Positions 11,501-21,333 of a stretch of DNA of 64,000 nt are shown here, piece after piece. A model generated the notes under the pieces. That model had not been told where the DNA came from. It did not search any database and saw only the letters and a program-made list of their open reading frames with translations. The first letter of the stretch is position 1. The number at the start of each line of letters is the position of its first letter. The stretch is from IMG/VR virus record IMGVR_UViG_3300031992_000029, positions 73,482 through 137,481 of that record, one strand, 5' to 3'. The DNA comes from a virus (taxonomy: Duplodnaviria > Caudoviricetes). A program made the position numbers and the translations under genes.

Positions 11501-11695
11501 GTATATATTTAATACCAGCTTCTTTGCATGCCGCCCATTTCTCGGTCCAGTTTAACGGTTTTCCTAACCATGTTCGGATATCGATAATGCTCTTTGATTA
11601 TTCTCAACAGCCAGCTTTACATAATCCTGATATTTTGTACAGGAATCGAGTAAGCTATAATCAGAGTGGCAATGATACATGATATACGAACTCAA
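8550..11695 (-). CDS. dnaE: DNA polymerase III alpha subunit (family C); N-terminal 43 codons separated by a 5-nt interruption near 11562-11569
   Basis: PHP start YHCHSDYSLLDS...SEHG (11695-11567, RBS AAAGGAGG at 11703-11710); then GPARGSVGGS, GDIDID, SVHPAG, KYDFL, GIFQFE, YQED, YQFGYNHS. Confidence 0.93.
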
Positions 11696-11737
11696 CTAAG
11701 CACCTCCTTTCAAACTATGTAACAATAAATCAACACG

Positions 11738-12103
11738 TTATATAATCAACTTTCTTAAATCGCCAGCAATTATATCCTCTTCCTCTTCTTCCATATCAAT
11801 ACAATACGGCTCAAGCCAAGATTCTTTATACATATACAACCCATTGTCTTCGATCACTCTATAGTAAATGTTTACACCATCGGCGCCACGCATTGATATG
11901 GTAAGAACTTTATTGTCGAATTCATCCATATATTCAGACCAAAAGGGCCATTCTTCTGTGTCTAATGGTTTTCGCGCAACAACTTTATCGCCTATTGTAT
12001 ATTTGTACATCGACCAATAGCTTTCTGTTTCTACATCTTTCTTTGCCATATCTTTCTTTGATATCTTATTTTTTATAATATCTATTAGTTTCAAAAGTGC
12101 CAT
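11738..12103 (-). CDS. KOW/SH3-like small protein with acidic tail (dispersed member of the array family)
   Basis: KYTIGDKVV...W..YMDEFD...WLEPY...EEDIIAGDLRKLII. Confidence 0.75.
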   Translation of the reverse strand: MALLKLIDIIKNKISKKDMAKKDVETESYWSMYKYTIGDKVVARKPLDTEEWPFWSEYMDEFDNKVLTISMRGADGVNIYYRVIEDNGLYMYKESWLEPYCIDMEEEEEDIIAGDLRKLII

Positions 12104-12107
12104 AATA

Positions 12108-12422
12108 CTACCCGAATAAATCGCCTATATCTTCTGCGATTATATTTTCATCATCTAAATCTTTCGCGGCAACATTAGATGTATCGATAACATTTATAAG
12201 ATCCAAGACGCTACATACACCAGCCAAGGAGTCTCTCATACTACCATAATTTAATCTACAATTGGCGTTCATATCAGATGTATACCATGTGTTAAAATTC
12301 CACGTAGGCGGGCTTAATCTTATACGTGAATAATCATATGTGCCGTAAATATTCTGTGTCTGATTGGCAACCCCGTATGCAAACAAAGGATTCGCAGTAG
12401 TTGTATTATCAAAATCCATCAT
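12108..12422 (-). CDS. Hypothetical protein carrying the shared acidic C-terminal tail
   Basis: Ends DENIIAEDIGDLFG. Confidence 0.65.
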   Translation of the reverse strand: MMDFDNTTTANPLFAYGVANQTQNIYGTYDYSRIRLSPPTWNFNTWYTSDMNANCRLNYGSMRDSLAGVCSVLDLINVIDTSNVAAKDLDDENIIAEDIGDLFG

Positions 12423-13033
12423 AATAACTCCTTTAAATTCCCCGGTTCTATATCGTCTCTAATCCTATGCACATCATACCTCTTTCTAATTTTCTGTGCT
12501 CTATCTGAAATATCTCTTGAATAAATTTTGGCGCCATCTTCATCTTTAGAAAATATTCTCCAGCTTCTTGTGTCAGCCATTTTATTGGGAACTTCTGGGT
12601 CATTATTCACTTCATCCCAAAACTCTTTATTTTTATAACAATCTCTGCACCAAGGTTCCTCCCATCCATCATAAAGATGAGGTACATCTGGCTTTCCGCA
12701 TATCCAACAAACATTCCTTGACAAAGCACTATAATCATCTATGATTCTATCTACTTCTTCGGGACATTTACCATTATGATAAAAACGAAGTTCACCAAAT
12801 TTTTCTTTAGCTTGTTCAGCAAAAAAATCATAAAGCTGACCGCTTTCTTCAAGTAATGGTTTAATATCTTCAGCCATACAAAGAATTAAATCTTCCCAAC
12901 CCTCTGGGATTTCTATGTCTAAAATAGTTGCCTTATAATCCCATTTATAAGTTTGTGTGCTTCTATCCCACCACATATATCTCAAGAACGGATACTCATC
13001 TATAATCTTTTTATTTTCCTCTTCTGTCCTCAA
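12419..13033 (-). CDS. Hypothetical phage protein (KEKFGELR family, CxxC motifs) with the shared tail
   Basis: QAKEKFGELRFY, CWICG, CRDC; ends DDIEPGNLKELL. Confidence 0.7.
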   Translation of the reverse strand: MRTEEENKKIIDEYPFLRYMWWDRSTQTYKWDYKATILDIEIPEGWEDLILCMAEDIKPLLEESGQLYDFFAEQAKEKFGELRFYHNGKCPEEVDRIIDDYSALSRNVCWICGKPDVPHLYDGWEEPWCRDCYKNKEFWDEVNNDPEVPNKMADTRSWRIFSKDEDGAKIYSRDISDRAQKIRKRYDVHRIRDDIEPGNLKELL

Positions 13034-13053
13034 CTTGCTTTATACCTCCGTTG

Positions 13054-14040
13054 TTATTTTAGTTTGAACCTTCTGTCATACAACTTCATAAATACATCTT
13101 TCCCTTTATCAACTGGAGAATCTTTAGCGTCAAGCAAGTCTTCAAAGTCGTATAGATAATACACATTTACATACCTTTTAAGCCTTTGGATATTTTTGTC
13201 AGCTCTAATATTTACATCCTTGTCTAATGCAAACACGACATCGCATCCAAGTTTTGCAAGGATTTTCATCTGATTTTCACTAAGATGCGACGTAAGTATT
13301 GCTCCACAATTATCAATTCCCCATGTATCTGCAAGTAAAACACTCTTACACCCCTCGAATATGACTACTTCGTGCTTTTCTTTAATCTTATCCATGTTTT
13401 CAGGGACACCATAAATAGTATTTATTGTTCCCCATGAATAAAAATAACAGTATTTTCTTTGACCGTCTTCTTTCCATGTAGGACTGAGAGCTCTGCCGCC
13501 AATATTTACAATCCTGTTATTCATATCTCTTATTGGATACACAAGTCTGTCTGAAAATGCATCGTAGTACACTTGATATTTATCCAGAGACTCACGAGAA
13601 ATCCCTTCGTCTTCCCACACGACTAGCTTATCTTCTTTCTTCTCATATCTATCCATACAATCATCTGGAAGAACTGTCGCAGTTGATTGCTTATGTGTTT
13701 TCTCGTGTGTATTCGAATACTTTTTTGCAACTTTTACAGCATCTAACATAGACGATAGTCCGCCGACCTCGCCTTCATACCCGGCATACTTTTTCATTAT
13801 GTCTACTACCTGTATCGGTGTACAGTTATAGTACTCTTTTATAAATGTGTATAAATTTCCGCCCTTGCCAGAGCTATAATCGTAGAAAAATGGTGGGTCT
13901 TTTCTAATAGAAAACGACGGTGTCTTCTCGTCCTTAAACGGTGATAACCCCCACCATTCATCACCCTTTTGTTCCAGATCTACGAATTGTGATATGTATT
14001 CTACGATATCAATAGATCGAATTAAGTCCTTTATATCCAT
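13054..14040 (-). CDS. dnaG: DNA primase (degenerate CHC2 Zn-finger plus TOPRIM)
   Basis: GLSPFKDEKTPSF, IGGR, VIFEG, FALDKD. Confidence 0.88.
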   Translation of the reverse strand: MDIKDLIRSIDIVEYISQFVDLEQKGDEWWGLSPFKDEKTPSFSIRKDPPFFYDYSSGKGGNLYTFIKEYYNCTPIQVVDIMKKYAGYEGEVGGLSSMLDAVKVAKKYSNTHEKTHKQSTATVLPDDCMDRYEKKEDKLVVWEDEGISRESLDKYQVYYDAFSDRLVYPIRDMNNRIVNIGGRALSPTWKEDGQRKYCYFYSWGTINTIYGVPENMDKIKEKHEVVIFEGCKSVLLADTWGIDNCGAILTSHLSENQMKILAKLGCDVVFALDKDVNIRADKNIQRLKRYVNVYYLYDFEDLLDAKDSPVDKGKDVFMKLYDRRFKLK

Positions 14041-14071
14041 CCGTTCCCTTTATTGTCGAACTTACGCTACA

Positions 14072-15397
14072 TTAGTACGGCGTTTGTGGTATCGCCTGTT
14101 TAACAGCCTGTTCATAGGAGATAATATTTCCGTTAAAATCTAATGAAATATACTCACCCTCAGCGTGTTGCATGCCATTCCTATTAACCGTGACAATCAT
14201 TTTTTTATTACCGCACTCTTTTCCGTCGGCTTCGATTTCTTGTGGGGTTTTATCCTCAATCATTATAATCGTAGACGCATTTCTCGCTATCTTCGCTGAA
14301 TCCGCAAGCCTGTTATACTGTGTTGCCTGTGCCGCTCCGATTCCTGCTATATTCATCGAGCCGCAGATTTCATTTTTGATAACATCAACGCATTTTCCCA
14401 TTGACGCATATGTTTGAAACGCGTCTGTTTCGTTACCTGTCGATTTAAAGTAATCTACGATAAGAACATCAACAGGATAAATATGATTCATTTTTCTAAC
14501 AGCAGTATAAATACTCTCACTATCGAAGAACGGAAGATAAATGTGGTTGAAATGCTGATGTTTGATCCAGTCAAGCGCTCTTCTAATTCTTTGGTACTCT
14601 TCCTTGTTATAATTTCCTGATGTTATATTCCTGTACTCTATCTGTGTTAGATGTGATATCAACCTCGCTGTAAATAATCTACTCGACAGCTCAGAATCTA
14701 TGTATAATACTGAATACCCTTTCTTCATCAGATCAACGGCGCAATTAAGCAACATTATGCTCTTGCCAACCTTTTGTTGTGCACCAAAAATCACAAGCTC
14801 GCCGCGCTCTATTGTTACATAGTCGTTTAATGCTGGAAACTTGAACGGAATTCCGGCGTATCCTGTCTCTTGTCTAGATTGGATTTCCGCCCAATACGAA
14901 TCGACCTTTTCGGTGTACTGTTCTATACCATCATTGTACGAATACGACGTCATCACACCGTCTATGATGTTATATATCTTTTCCTTTACGCCTTCCTCGT
15001 CATCTTTCAGGCAAAGTTGCTTACACATTGCAAGGCTCTTCGACATCTCCCTACGAAACGCTGCATCCCAGACATTTGAAACGAGTACCTGGTATTCTTC
15101 AAGACTGCCTCTGGAAAGAACATCACTCATTGTTATTAGCTCTTGCAAACTTTCTAACTGAATGACATCCTTATTTGCCGGATCATTTATGGCAACCCAT
15201 TCTGTTATGTTAAACGCATCAATCGTTGTGATTCCTTCCTTTGCCATACCAGTTATGGCATTGTAAAGAATCCTATTGTCTCTATTTGTAAAATGTTCTT
15301 TCTGTAAATACTCAGAGTGGAACGAAAAATCAGGGTGGTGGATTAATGTGGCAATAATACCTGACTCACTCTCTATCCTGTTAATTTCCTCTGCCAT
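14072..15397 (-). CDS. dnaB: DnaB-like replicative helicase
   Basis: GAQQKVGKS Walker A, YIDSE, LIVDY, AAQ, NRNG. Confidence 0.88.
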   Translation of the reverse strand: MAEEINRIESESGIIATLIHHPDFSFHSEYLQKEHFTNRDNRILYNAITGMAKEGITTIDAFNITEWVAINDPANKDVIQLESLQELITMSDVLSRGSLEEYQVLVSNVWDAAFRREMSKSLAMCKQLCLKDDEEGVKEKIYNIIDGVMTSYSYNDGIEQYTEKVDSYWAEIQSRQETGYAGIPFKFPALNDYVTIERGELVIFGAQQKVGKSIMLLNCAVDLMKKGYSVLYIDSELSSRLFTARLISHLTQIEYRNITSGNYNKEEYQRIRRALDWIKHQHFNHIYLPFFDSESIYTAVRKMNHIYPVDVLIVDYFKSTGNETDAFQTYASMGKCVDVIKNEICGSMNIAGIGAAQATQYNRLADSAKIARNASTIIMIEDKTPQEIEADGKECGNKKMIVTVNRNGMQHAEGEYISLDFNGNIISYEQAVKQAIPQTPY

Positions 15398-15408
15398 CTA
15401 CCACACTC

Positions 15409-16185
15409 CTATCTGCATAACCAATAATCACACTCTTCATTAAACCCGCAAAGATAGTAGCACGGGAAGAAATCAACATACGGCGGAAATTTATCCTCGT
15501 CCATAGCCATATTGATTACACCTTTTACCCAACCAATTGTTTCGTTATATTTATCTATGTTAAATTCTTCCTTAATAAATACATTTTCTTTAAAACAGTT
15601 GAAACATAGGTACTTTGGATACTTCCCGTACTTCTGATAAACCCATGCAGAATAAACGTATAGTTGCTTAAGCATACTATCTAGTTCCATATCTTTTAGG
15701 GTTGGTTTTTTACGTGCGCTCCTTGGTTTTAAATCCCTCGATTTGTTATCGACTATGACGTACTCACCATCTACCTCGCCAAAGTAGTCTATAACTCCTA
15801 CGAATGGAATTCCGTCTATATTAAATTCTACTTTTTCCTCAACGGAAATCATATTAAATGGGAAAGGCTCCAGGGTGTCAAAGTAATTGCATCCTTTCTC
15901 AAGATAATCCCTTACAATTTTATCCGACGGCCTGAATCCTTTTACTTCTTTGGAAAAATCAAACAGGAATTTTATTTTTAGGTCTTCTCTCGAAGTTCCT
16001 TCCTTATAATATTCTTCAATCAGCTTATGCATAAACTTCCCGTAGCTCGCATAGAACATTTCCTGTTCTTCTTGACCGTAGATGTACTTCGTATAAAATT
16101 TATACGGGCACTGCTCAAAACATGACACCCTGGAATAGCTCCATACCATGTCCTCTATAAGAGGACGATAACTTACCTCACCCAT
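15409..16185 (-). CDS. PD-(D/E)XK exonuclease (RecB/Cas4-like)
   Basis: SYSRVSCFEQCP, G..MH, GVID, IVDNKS, QLYVY, C-terminal Cys cluster. Confidence 0.85.
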   Translation of the reverse strand: MGEVSYRPLIEDMVWSYSRVSCFEQCPYKFYTKYIYGQEEQEMFYASYGKFMHKLIEEYYKEGTSREDLKIKFLFDFSKEVKGFRPSDKIVRDYLEKGCNYFDTLEPFPFNMISVEEKVEFNIDGIPFVGVIDYFGEVDGEYVIVDNKSRDLKPRSARKKPTLKDMELDSMLKQLYVYSAWVYQKYGKYPKYLCFNCFKENVFIKEEFNIDKYNETIGWVKGVINMAMDEDKFPPYVDFFPCYYLCGFNEECDYWLCR

Positions 16186-16193
16186 ATATCAAA

Positions 16194-16610
16194 TTAGAAA
16201 GGAAGACCTTCGTCGTCGATCTCTCCGTCGCCAACGTTGTTGACATAGTCATCAATACTTCCGTGTGCTCCACCGCTAGTTTTGGGTGCCTGCTGAGCTC
16301 CTGTATTTCCGTCGAGTTCATCCTGTGTCTTGAAGCTAAACACTTTGAAGTCGGTATATGTAGTATTCTTTTCCTTGACGTATCTGTTACTTACATCGAC
16401 ATCGCCGAGCTGAATTCTATCTCTCTCCTTAAGCGACAGAGCCTTCCTTGCAGCAGCAGTTCCAACAAATGTGATGAATCCACTGAAGTCCTGAACATAC
16501 TCTCCTGTATCCCTGTTCTTCCTGCTAATAGATACTCTGCCTTTTGTCATCGTATCTGAGATAGGTGACACTTCCCATACTGTGCAAAACGCATCTTTTC
16601 TAAATCCCAA
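16194..16610 (-). CDS. ssb: Single-stranded DNA-binding protein
   Basis: OB-fold-sized ORF with acidic tail DDEGLPF; next to ERF. Confidence 0.8.
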   Translation of the reverse strand: MGFRKDAFCTVWEVSPISDTMTKGRVSISRKNRDTGEYVQDFSGFITFVGTAAARKALSLKERDRIQLGDVDVSNRYVKEKNTTYTDFKVFSFKTQDELDGNTGAQQAPKTSGGAHGSIDDYVNNVGDGEIDDEGLPF

Positions 16611-16627
16611 ATTGCTACCTCTCTTTC

Positions 16628-17329
16628 TTATGCTAAAAACTGTTTATTAAAATCTTCGAGAAGTTTTGCGGCAAGCTGAGGATCTTTAATCGTGTTATAA
16701 TTACCACTCTTTACAAACCTCGTTACCAGCTTCTTAACTTCGTCGGATTTATCCTGATGGTCGGAAAGGAACGCTCTGATTCTTCTATCGACTTCCGCAA
16801 TGATCTGTTCAGCGACATTCCTATCTTCCTTTACCTCTGCCTCTTTCTGCTTACTTCTATACGCATCAACATCGTTATCTGTCTGGGCGATCTGGAAGTA
16901 ATCAGTAAGGAAATACCTGGTTGTATATGTAAGTGCAGAGCCAAATGCCTGTGACGGATCAGCCTGTGAACCAACCGCAAACCACGGTACTACAATTCTG
17001 TCCTCAGGATTGTCATCGTCAACCCATGTAAATGTCATCTCCATACATACAAGCATTTCGCATGTTCTCTTCTCATACGCATCGCCAGTCTTATTAAACT
17101 TTGTCTCTACAATGATATTCTGCTGGACACTTGATGTTCCAGGCACAATGCTAGGAATAAGCGATACACGATACTTCTTCATACCAGCTGTAATGTTCGC
17201 TAGAATTGATGTGATATCGGCGTATGTGTAGTTGTAACCACGCTTATCTTTGGAAACTACATCAGAAATTTCTCGAATCTTAGCCAGCTTCTGAATAAGA
17301 TTCATTGTTGATACATCTTCTTTTGCCAA
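16628..17329 (-). CDS. ERF-family single-strand annealing protein
   Basis: GYNYTYAD, QAFGSALTYTTRYFL. Confidence 0.85.
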   Translation of the reverse strand: MAKEDVSTMNLIQKLAKIREISDVVSKDKRGYNYTYADITSILANITAGMKKYRVSLIPSIVPGTSSVQQNIIVETKFNKTGDAYEKRTCEMLVCMEMTFTWVDDDNPEDRIVVPWFAVGSQADPSQAFGSALTYTTRYFLTDYFQIAQTDNDVDAYRSKQKEAEVKEDRNVAEQIIAEVDRRIRAFLSDHQDKSDEVKKLVTRFVKSGNYNTIKDPQLAAKLLEDFNKQFLA

Positions 17330-17340
17330 TAGCTACCTCC

Positions 17341-17946
17341 TCATTCACTTTCTCTTAAAAATGTTGCTGCTTCGTCTGCTACATGCAGAGCCCATGCAAA
17401 TGGGAACTGTTCATATGAATTTCCTACATATTCATTATCGAAGGAACCCATATGGCAATTTACCGCTACGGCCTCTTCTGGCTTAAGCCTAATAAAAGAC
17501 TGTAACAAGTAAACCGACTTGCTTCCATGACCTCCGAACTTGAATTTTTCGTCGACCATAAATGCGTCATACGATTCCCATTTACCATTTTCGTTTTTTC
17601 TGTTGCGCTTCTCGCTTCCATAGAAATCAACCTTGCAAAGATCGTGCATCAGCGAACAGATAATAACACTCTCTTCGTCAACTTCTATTTCTTTGTACGC
17701 ATCAAGAATTTTCACCAGTTCGTGATACACGTTTAATGAATGTTGTAGGAGTCCACCTACATATGCGCCATGGTATCTAGTGCTAGCTGGTGCAGTATAA
17801 AAATCAGAAGCGTCGAGCCATTTAAGTAAGTTATCAAAACCTCTTCTTTCGACCTTAGCACAAATCTCAAGGAATTCCTCTTTATTCTTCTGGTTTATTT
17901 CGTATTGCGTAAGTCCTCTTTCCTCGTCCATATACACTCCCTTCAT
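17341..17946 (-). CDS. HD-domain phosphohydrolase
   Basis: APASTRYHG, GGLLQHSLNV, MHDLCK, GHG, HMG, AD. Confidence 0.88.
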   Translation of the reverse strand: MKGVYMDEERGLTQYEINQKNKEEFLEICAKVERRGFDNLLKWLDASDFYTAPASTRYHGAYVGGLLQHSLNVYHELVKILDAYKEIEVDEESVIICSLMHDLCKVDFYGSEKRNRKNENGKWESYDAFMVDEKFKFGGHGSKSVYLLQSFIRLKPEEAVAVNCHMGSFDNEYVGNSYEQFPFAWALHVADEAATFLRESE

Positions 17947-17971
17947 TCAATATGTATAAGAATGGTTAATT

Positions 17972-18334
17972 TTACTTAACAGTAATGACTTTTATCTCCC
18001 CAACAATCTTAAGAACGGCCTTTGCTGTAGGAGACGCTAACCACCCAGAAAGACTAACAAGTGAACAAGCTCCAATCGTAAAAGAGATGGCTATCATTAA
18101 AAATGGAATGATAGTAAATGCACTATTGTAAAAGAATTCATTCCCATCCTTATTGTCATATTTCCATGCCTTAGGCAAGAAGTACATTCCTGCACTAAAA
18201 ACCGCTGCAGATATAATGAAAATCATAAACCATTCTGTTGTTTCTGACTTTGCCAACTCTGGAATTAGGCGATCCATTGAGGTACCTAACTTTTCGCATA
18301 GATTATTAACGACATCATTAATTTCACTACCCAA
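17972..18334 (-). CDS. Two-TM membrane protein (paralog of 18369-18728)
   Basis: Shares N.CEKLGT, LIPELA, FLPKAWKYD, GW.ASPTA. Confidence 0.75.
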   Translation of the reverse strand: MGSEINDVVNNLCEKLGTSMDRLIPELAKSETTEWFMIFIISAAVFSAGMYFLPKAWKYDNKDGNEFFYNSAFTIIPFLMIAISFTIGACSLVSLSGWLASPTAKAVLKIVGEIKVITVK

Positions 18335-18368
18335 TTAACTAACCTCCTATTTACACTCTCTTAACACA

Positions 18369-18728
18369 TTAACTTGTTATTTTTTCTACCATTTTGACAA
18401 TCTCTATTACTGAACTTGCAGTTGGCGATGCGATCCAGCCAACCAGATCGACTACAGAAATAAAAAACAAGATACAATTCATAGATATTACTAGGAATGG
18501 AATGACTGTTATTGCACTGTCTCTATTGTTGCGGTCATATTTCCACGCCTTTGGTAAAAAATAGAGTGCAATGATAATAAATATAAGTGACATTAATAAT
18601 GTTGCTACATTAGTACAGATTTCCATCCTTGCTAACTCTGGAATTAAAAATTCTGTTGTCGTACCTAGCTTCTCGCAAATATTATCAATTACGGCGTTAA
18701 CTTCTGCGCCCATATTTCTCTCCTCCAA
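18369..18728 (-). CDS. Two-TM membrane protein (paralog of 17972-18334)
   Basis: Same shared motifs. Confidence 0.75.
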   Translation of the reverse strand: MEERNMGAEVNAVIDNICEKLGTTTEFLIPELARMEICTNVATLLMSLIFIIIALYFLPKAWKYDRNNRDSAITVIPFLVISMNCILFFISVVDLVGWIASPTASSVIEIVKMVEKITS

Positions 18729-18737
18729 TGTTTAGAT

Positions 18738-19238
18738 TTAGCATGACATGACAGCAGTTCCATCGCCGTAATACTGCCAGATAAGTTTTGCATTTTTCAC
18801 ACAAATCGCGAATCCAAACGGGTTCTTTTTAGACGATTTATATACCTTTCCTTTGGAATTCCTTGCATATCCATGAATTTCTACAGGATATTTGAGTTCA
18901 TGTTCGTAGCAATCAATACGCACACAATAGTCGTACCAGTTACTACCGTCTTTATATTTGCGCGTGTCTGTATCCTTGTTGCGAATCAAAAAGTAGTGCT
19001 TGTTCGGATCAAGATAGTCGCTACACACGCACCTGAAGCTATCCTTCAGCTTCTTATTCTTAAACAAATACATACGACCGCCTTGAATATCAATGATAAT
19101 GGCTCTGCCATTTTCATCGACTGCTTTATTTAAGGCCGTATATACTTTCTTCGGAACTGCTGTGGCTGCTGTTGCCTGATTCGGCACGATAAACGAGATG
19201 ATAAGAATTAGTGCGATGAGTTTTGTAAGTTTCTTCAT
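18738..19238 (-). CDS. Secreted L,D-transpeptidase-like (YkuD-like) protein
   Basis: Signal peptide MKKLTKLIALIL...ATA; IIIDIQGGRMYLF, EIHG, ICV. Confidence 0.5.
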   Translation of the reverse strand: MKKLTKLIALILIISFIVPNQATAATAVPKKVYTALNKAVDENGRAIIIDIQGGRMYLFKNKKLKDSFRCVCSDYLDPNKHYFLIRNKDTDTRKYKDGSNWYDYCVRIDCYEHELKYPVEIHGYARNSKGKVYKSSKKNPFGFAICVKNAKLIWQYYGDGTAVMSC

Positions 19239-19375
19239 GTAGCCTCCCATATTTGTATTTTGTTTTTTAGTAGCTGTGCATGTTGTCACCAGACACCTCA
19301 TGAGTCGAACATGTGGTGAACAGAATCGAACTGATCTTCATCACAGCGCAAGACCGTCCTTGCATGAATACTAAA

Positions 19376-19460
19376 TACCGGCGGTCGGATTTGAACCGAC
19401 ATTCCTTTTATCGGAACGGGATTTTAAGTCCCGCGTGTCTGCCTATTTCACCACGCCGGC
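19376..19460 (-). tRNA. tRNA-Leu(TAA)
   Basis: Cloverleaf with long variable arm, anticodon loop CT-TAA-AA. Confidence 0.9.
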
Positions 19461-19463
19461 ATA

Positions 19464-19538
19464 TCGGAATGGTGGGATTCGAACCCACGTAAACACGATT
19501 AAAAGTCGTGTGCAGAAAAACCACTTTGCTACATTCCG
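19464..19538 (-). tRNA. tRNA-Lys(TTT)
   Basis: Cloverleaf, CACGA-CTTTTAA-TCGTG. Confidence 0.88.
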
Positions 19539-19678
19539 TGGTGAGGGTGCTACTTTTGTGAGGACAGCTTCATCACTCGGAGATACCTCGTTCTTGCTTC
19601 ACTTATGTGCACGTAAGTACGGTAGCAATTCCGTATAGTCAATTCATCCCAGGCCGTTTTGGAAGACTCCATGACATA

Positions 19679-19752
19679 TGGGGCGTGAGGGAGTCGAACC
19701 CTCATCAGATGTGTATAAGACACCCGCACTCATACCGCTGTGCTAACGCCCT
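19679..19752 (-). tRNA. tRNA-Ile(TAT)
   Basis: Cloverleaf, GGTGT-CTTATAC-ACATC. Confidence 0.8.
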
Positions 19753-19772
19753 GTAATCCATAACGTTATCTC

Positions 19773-19967
19773 TTATCCATATATAATTTCAGAATTACAA
19801 TCTGGACATACTATTTTAATTGTTTCATATGGTTCCCTATTTTTAAGATAGATAGTGTTACCACAATTGCAATGGACTCCATCTTTATAGCTATCGCCTA
19901 TTTTTAATGAGCTGAAACTAGGGATACTATGGAAAATCATCATATCTTCTTTTGGGATTATACGCAT
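19773..19967 (-). CDS. Small Zn-ribbon protein
   Basis: CNCG and CPDC. Confidence 0.55.
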   Translation of the reverse strand: MRIIPKEDMMIFHSIPSFSSLKIGDSYKDGVHCNCGNTIYLKNREPYETIKIVCPDCNSEIIYG

Positions 19968-20168
19968 TATTATTACTCCTTTATCACGACCTCAAACTGA
20001 GCTACTTTCCAGTATGGCTATGACGCCTACGGCCTGCATCATAGCCAATTATTTTATAGTCTTGAGCCGTCGTGGACTTCTTGGCAATGTTTTCTGTCTC
20101 TTGCCCGACCTCCGACACCTACGTTCGGAAAACATATGTAGGTTATTTTATATCGCCTACCCGATATA

Positions 20169-20241
20169 CGGCCTGTGTAGGACTCGAACCTACGACATTT
20201 CGGTTAACGGCCGAACGCTCCTCCGACTGAGCTAACAGGCC
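20169..20241 (-). tRNA. tRNA-Asn(GTT)
   Basis: Cloverleaf, TTCGG-CCGTTAA-CCGAA. Confidence 0.88.
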
Positions 20242-20251
20242 ATTGTTCGTT

Positions 20252-20476
20252 TCAGTCAAAAATATTTTTTACAAATAAACGTGGAAGTTTTACATCTTTT
20301 GCTGGGTTATTTGATATAACCTCTTTACTATCTACCCAATCCTCTAATTCCATTTGACATCGATCACACATGCACATACAAAACATCTCATTTTCTTTAT
20401 AAATTTCATATTTTCGTTTCCTAGAATTTTCATAAGGCGATCCGCATCTATCGCATATATGTATAACTTTCTGCAT
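20252..20476 (-). CDS. Small Cys-rich hypothetical protein
   Basis: CDRCG...CDRC. Confidence 0.6.
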   Translation of the reverse strand: MQKVIHICDRCGSPYENSRKRKYEIYKENEMFCMCMCDRCQMELEDWVDSKEVISNNPAKDVKLPRLFVKNIFD

Positions 20477-20478
20477 AT

Positions 20479-20715
20479 CTATCTATATACCCCCGCCTCC
20501 CAGTCATGGATAAGAGCGTCAATCAGTCCGGCACCAAACATATATGCTTTTGTACCCTTCTCTCTGAAAGAATCTGCCCTATCCTGCAGCCACTTAATAG
20601 TTATCACGTCAAGAGTTGGAGCATTTCTAATTTCCTCTTCAAGCTCTCCCATTGCGTGGTATCCACCACGAGATACATCATTTACAGATAATACATCTGC
20701 GTCAATCGGTCTCAT
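20479..20715 (-). CDS. Hypothetical phage protein (MRPIDAD type)
   Basis: MRPIDAD...APTLD. Confidence 0.65.
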   Translation of the reverse strand: MRPIDADVLSVNDVSRGGYHAMGELEEEIRNAPTLDVITIKWLQDRADSFREKGTKAYMFGAGLIDALIHDWEAGVYR

Positions 20716-20909
20716 AATAACTCCTTTTTGCTTGCCTCATTATTTTCCGTATCAATAAAACACTCATCTGTATTATAAAAATGTGTCCACGTAAGCGGAA
20801 TTCCTATGAGATCTTTCCTCGATTTTAAGTCCTCAGTAAGCTGTGCTCTAAAACATTCCTTTGGACAATTTGGAAGATAATCCAGGCAATGAGAATGATC
20901 ATGATTCAT
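20712..20909 (-). CDS. Hypothetical protein
   Basis: Overlapping start/stop with neighbours. Confidence 0.6.
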   Translation of the reverse strand: MNHDHSHCLDYLPNCPKECFRAQLTEDLKSRKDLIGIPLTWTHFYNTDECFIDTENNEASKKELL

Positions 20910-21292
20910 TACTTTATCTCCTTCGCTTTTCTTTCCATTCTTAATAAATCCCCGTCCGTACCCCCTGTAAACTCGAACCCGTATTTCTTGTATAGAGAGA
21001 TTGCTACACTGTTGTCTCTGTCAACAGATAAATTATTCACGCCCATTTCTATACAGAACTTCATAATATCGTCACCGCATCCAGTCCCTCTAAGTTCTTC
21101 TGCAACTTCTAAATTACTACAGCTAATCCATCCGCTTTCGAATTCCTCGATAAGGACATGGGCTACATCGTGCTTCCAGTCAGTCCACCTATATAATATG
21201 CTGTATAAAAGCCCGGCTTTATTCTCTTCTTCGGTAATAGGACGACTCTCTCCAGCGATATAATAACCAGATAGCCCTCTTTTCCCCATCAT
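20909..21292 (-). CDS. GNAT acetyltransferase
   Basis: V..ELRGTGCG, LSVDRDNSVAISLYKKYGF. Confidence 0.8.
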   Translation of the reverse strand: MMGKRGLSGYYIAGESRPITEEENKAGLLYSILYRWTDWKHDVAHVLIEEFESGWISCSNLEVAEELRGTGCGDDIMKFCIEMGVNNLSVDRDNSVAISLYKKYGFEFTGGTDGDLLRMERKAKEIK

Positions 21293-21333
21293 TTACTCCA
21301 TCTCATTCATGCTATGCTAAAATACCCGTTTTA

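Noticed and set aside
11564-11566. Genome-wide TAG stop-codon reassignment
   Set aside because: Read-through of this TAG would not restore the frame, many genes end normally in TAG, and no suppressor tRNA was seen.
15409-16185. Cas4 as part of a CRISPR adaptation module
   Set aside because: It lies in the replication/recombination operon with SSB, ERF and DnaB, as is typical for a phage exonuclease.
19984-20012. Additional tRNA
   Set aside because: Only a 5' fragment (GTAGCTCAG) with no T arm or acceptor partner.
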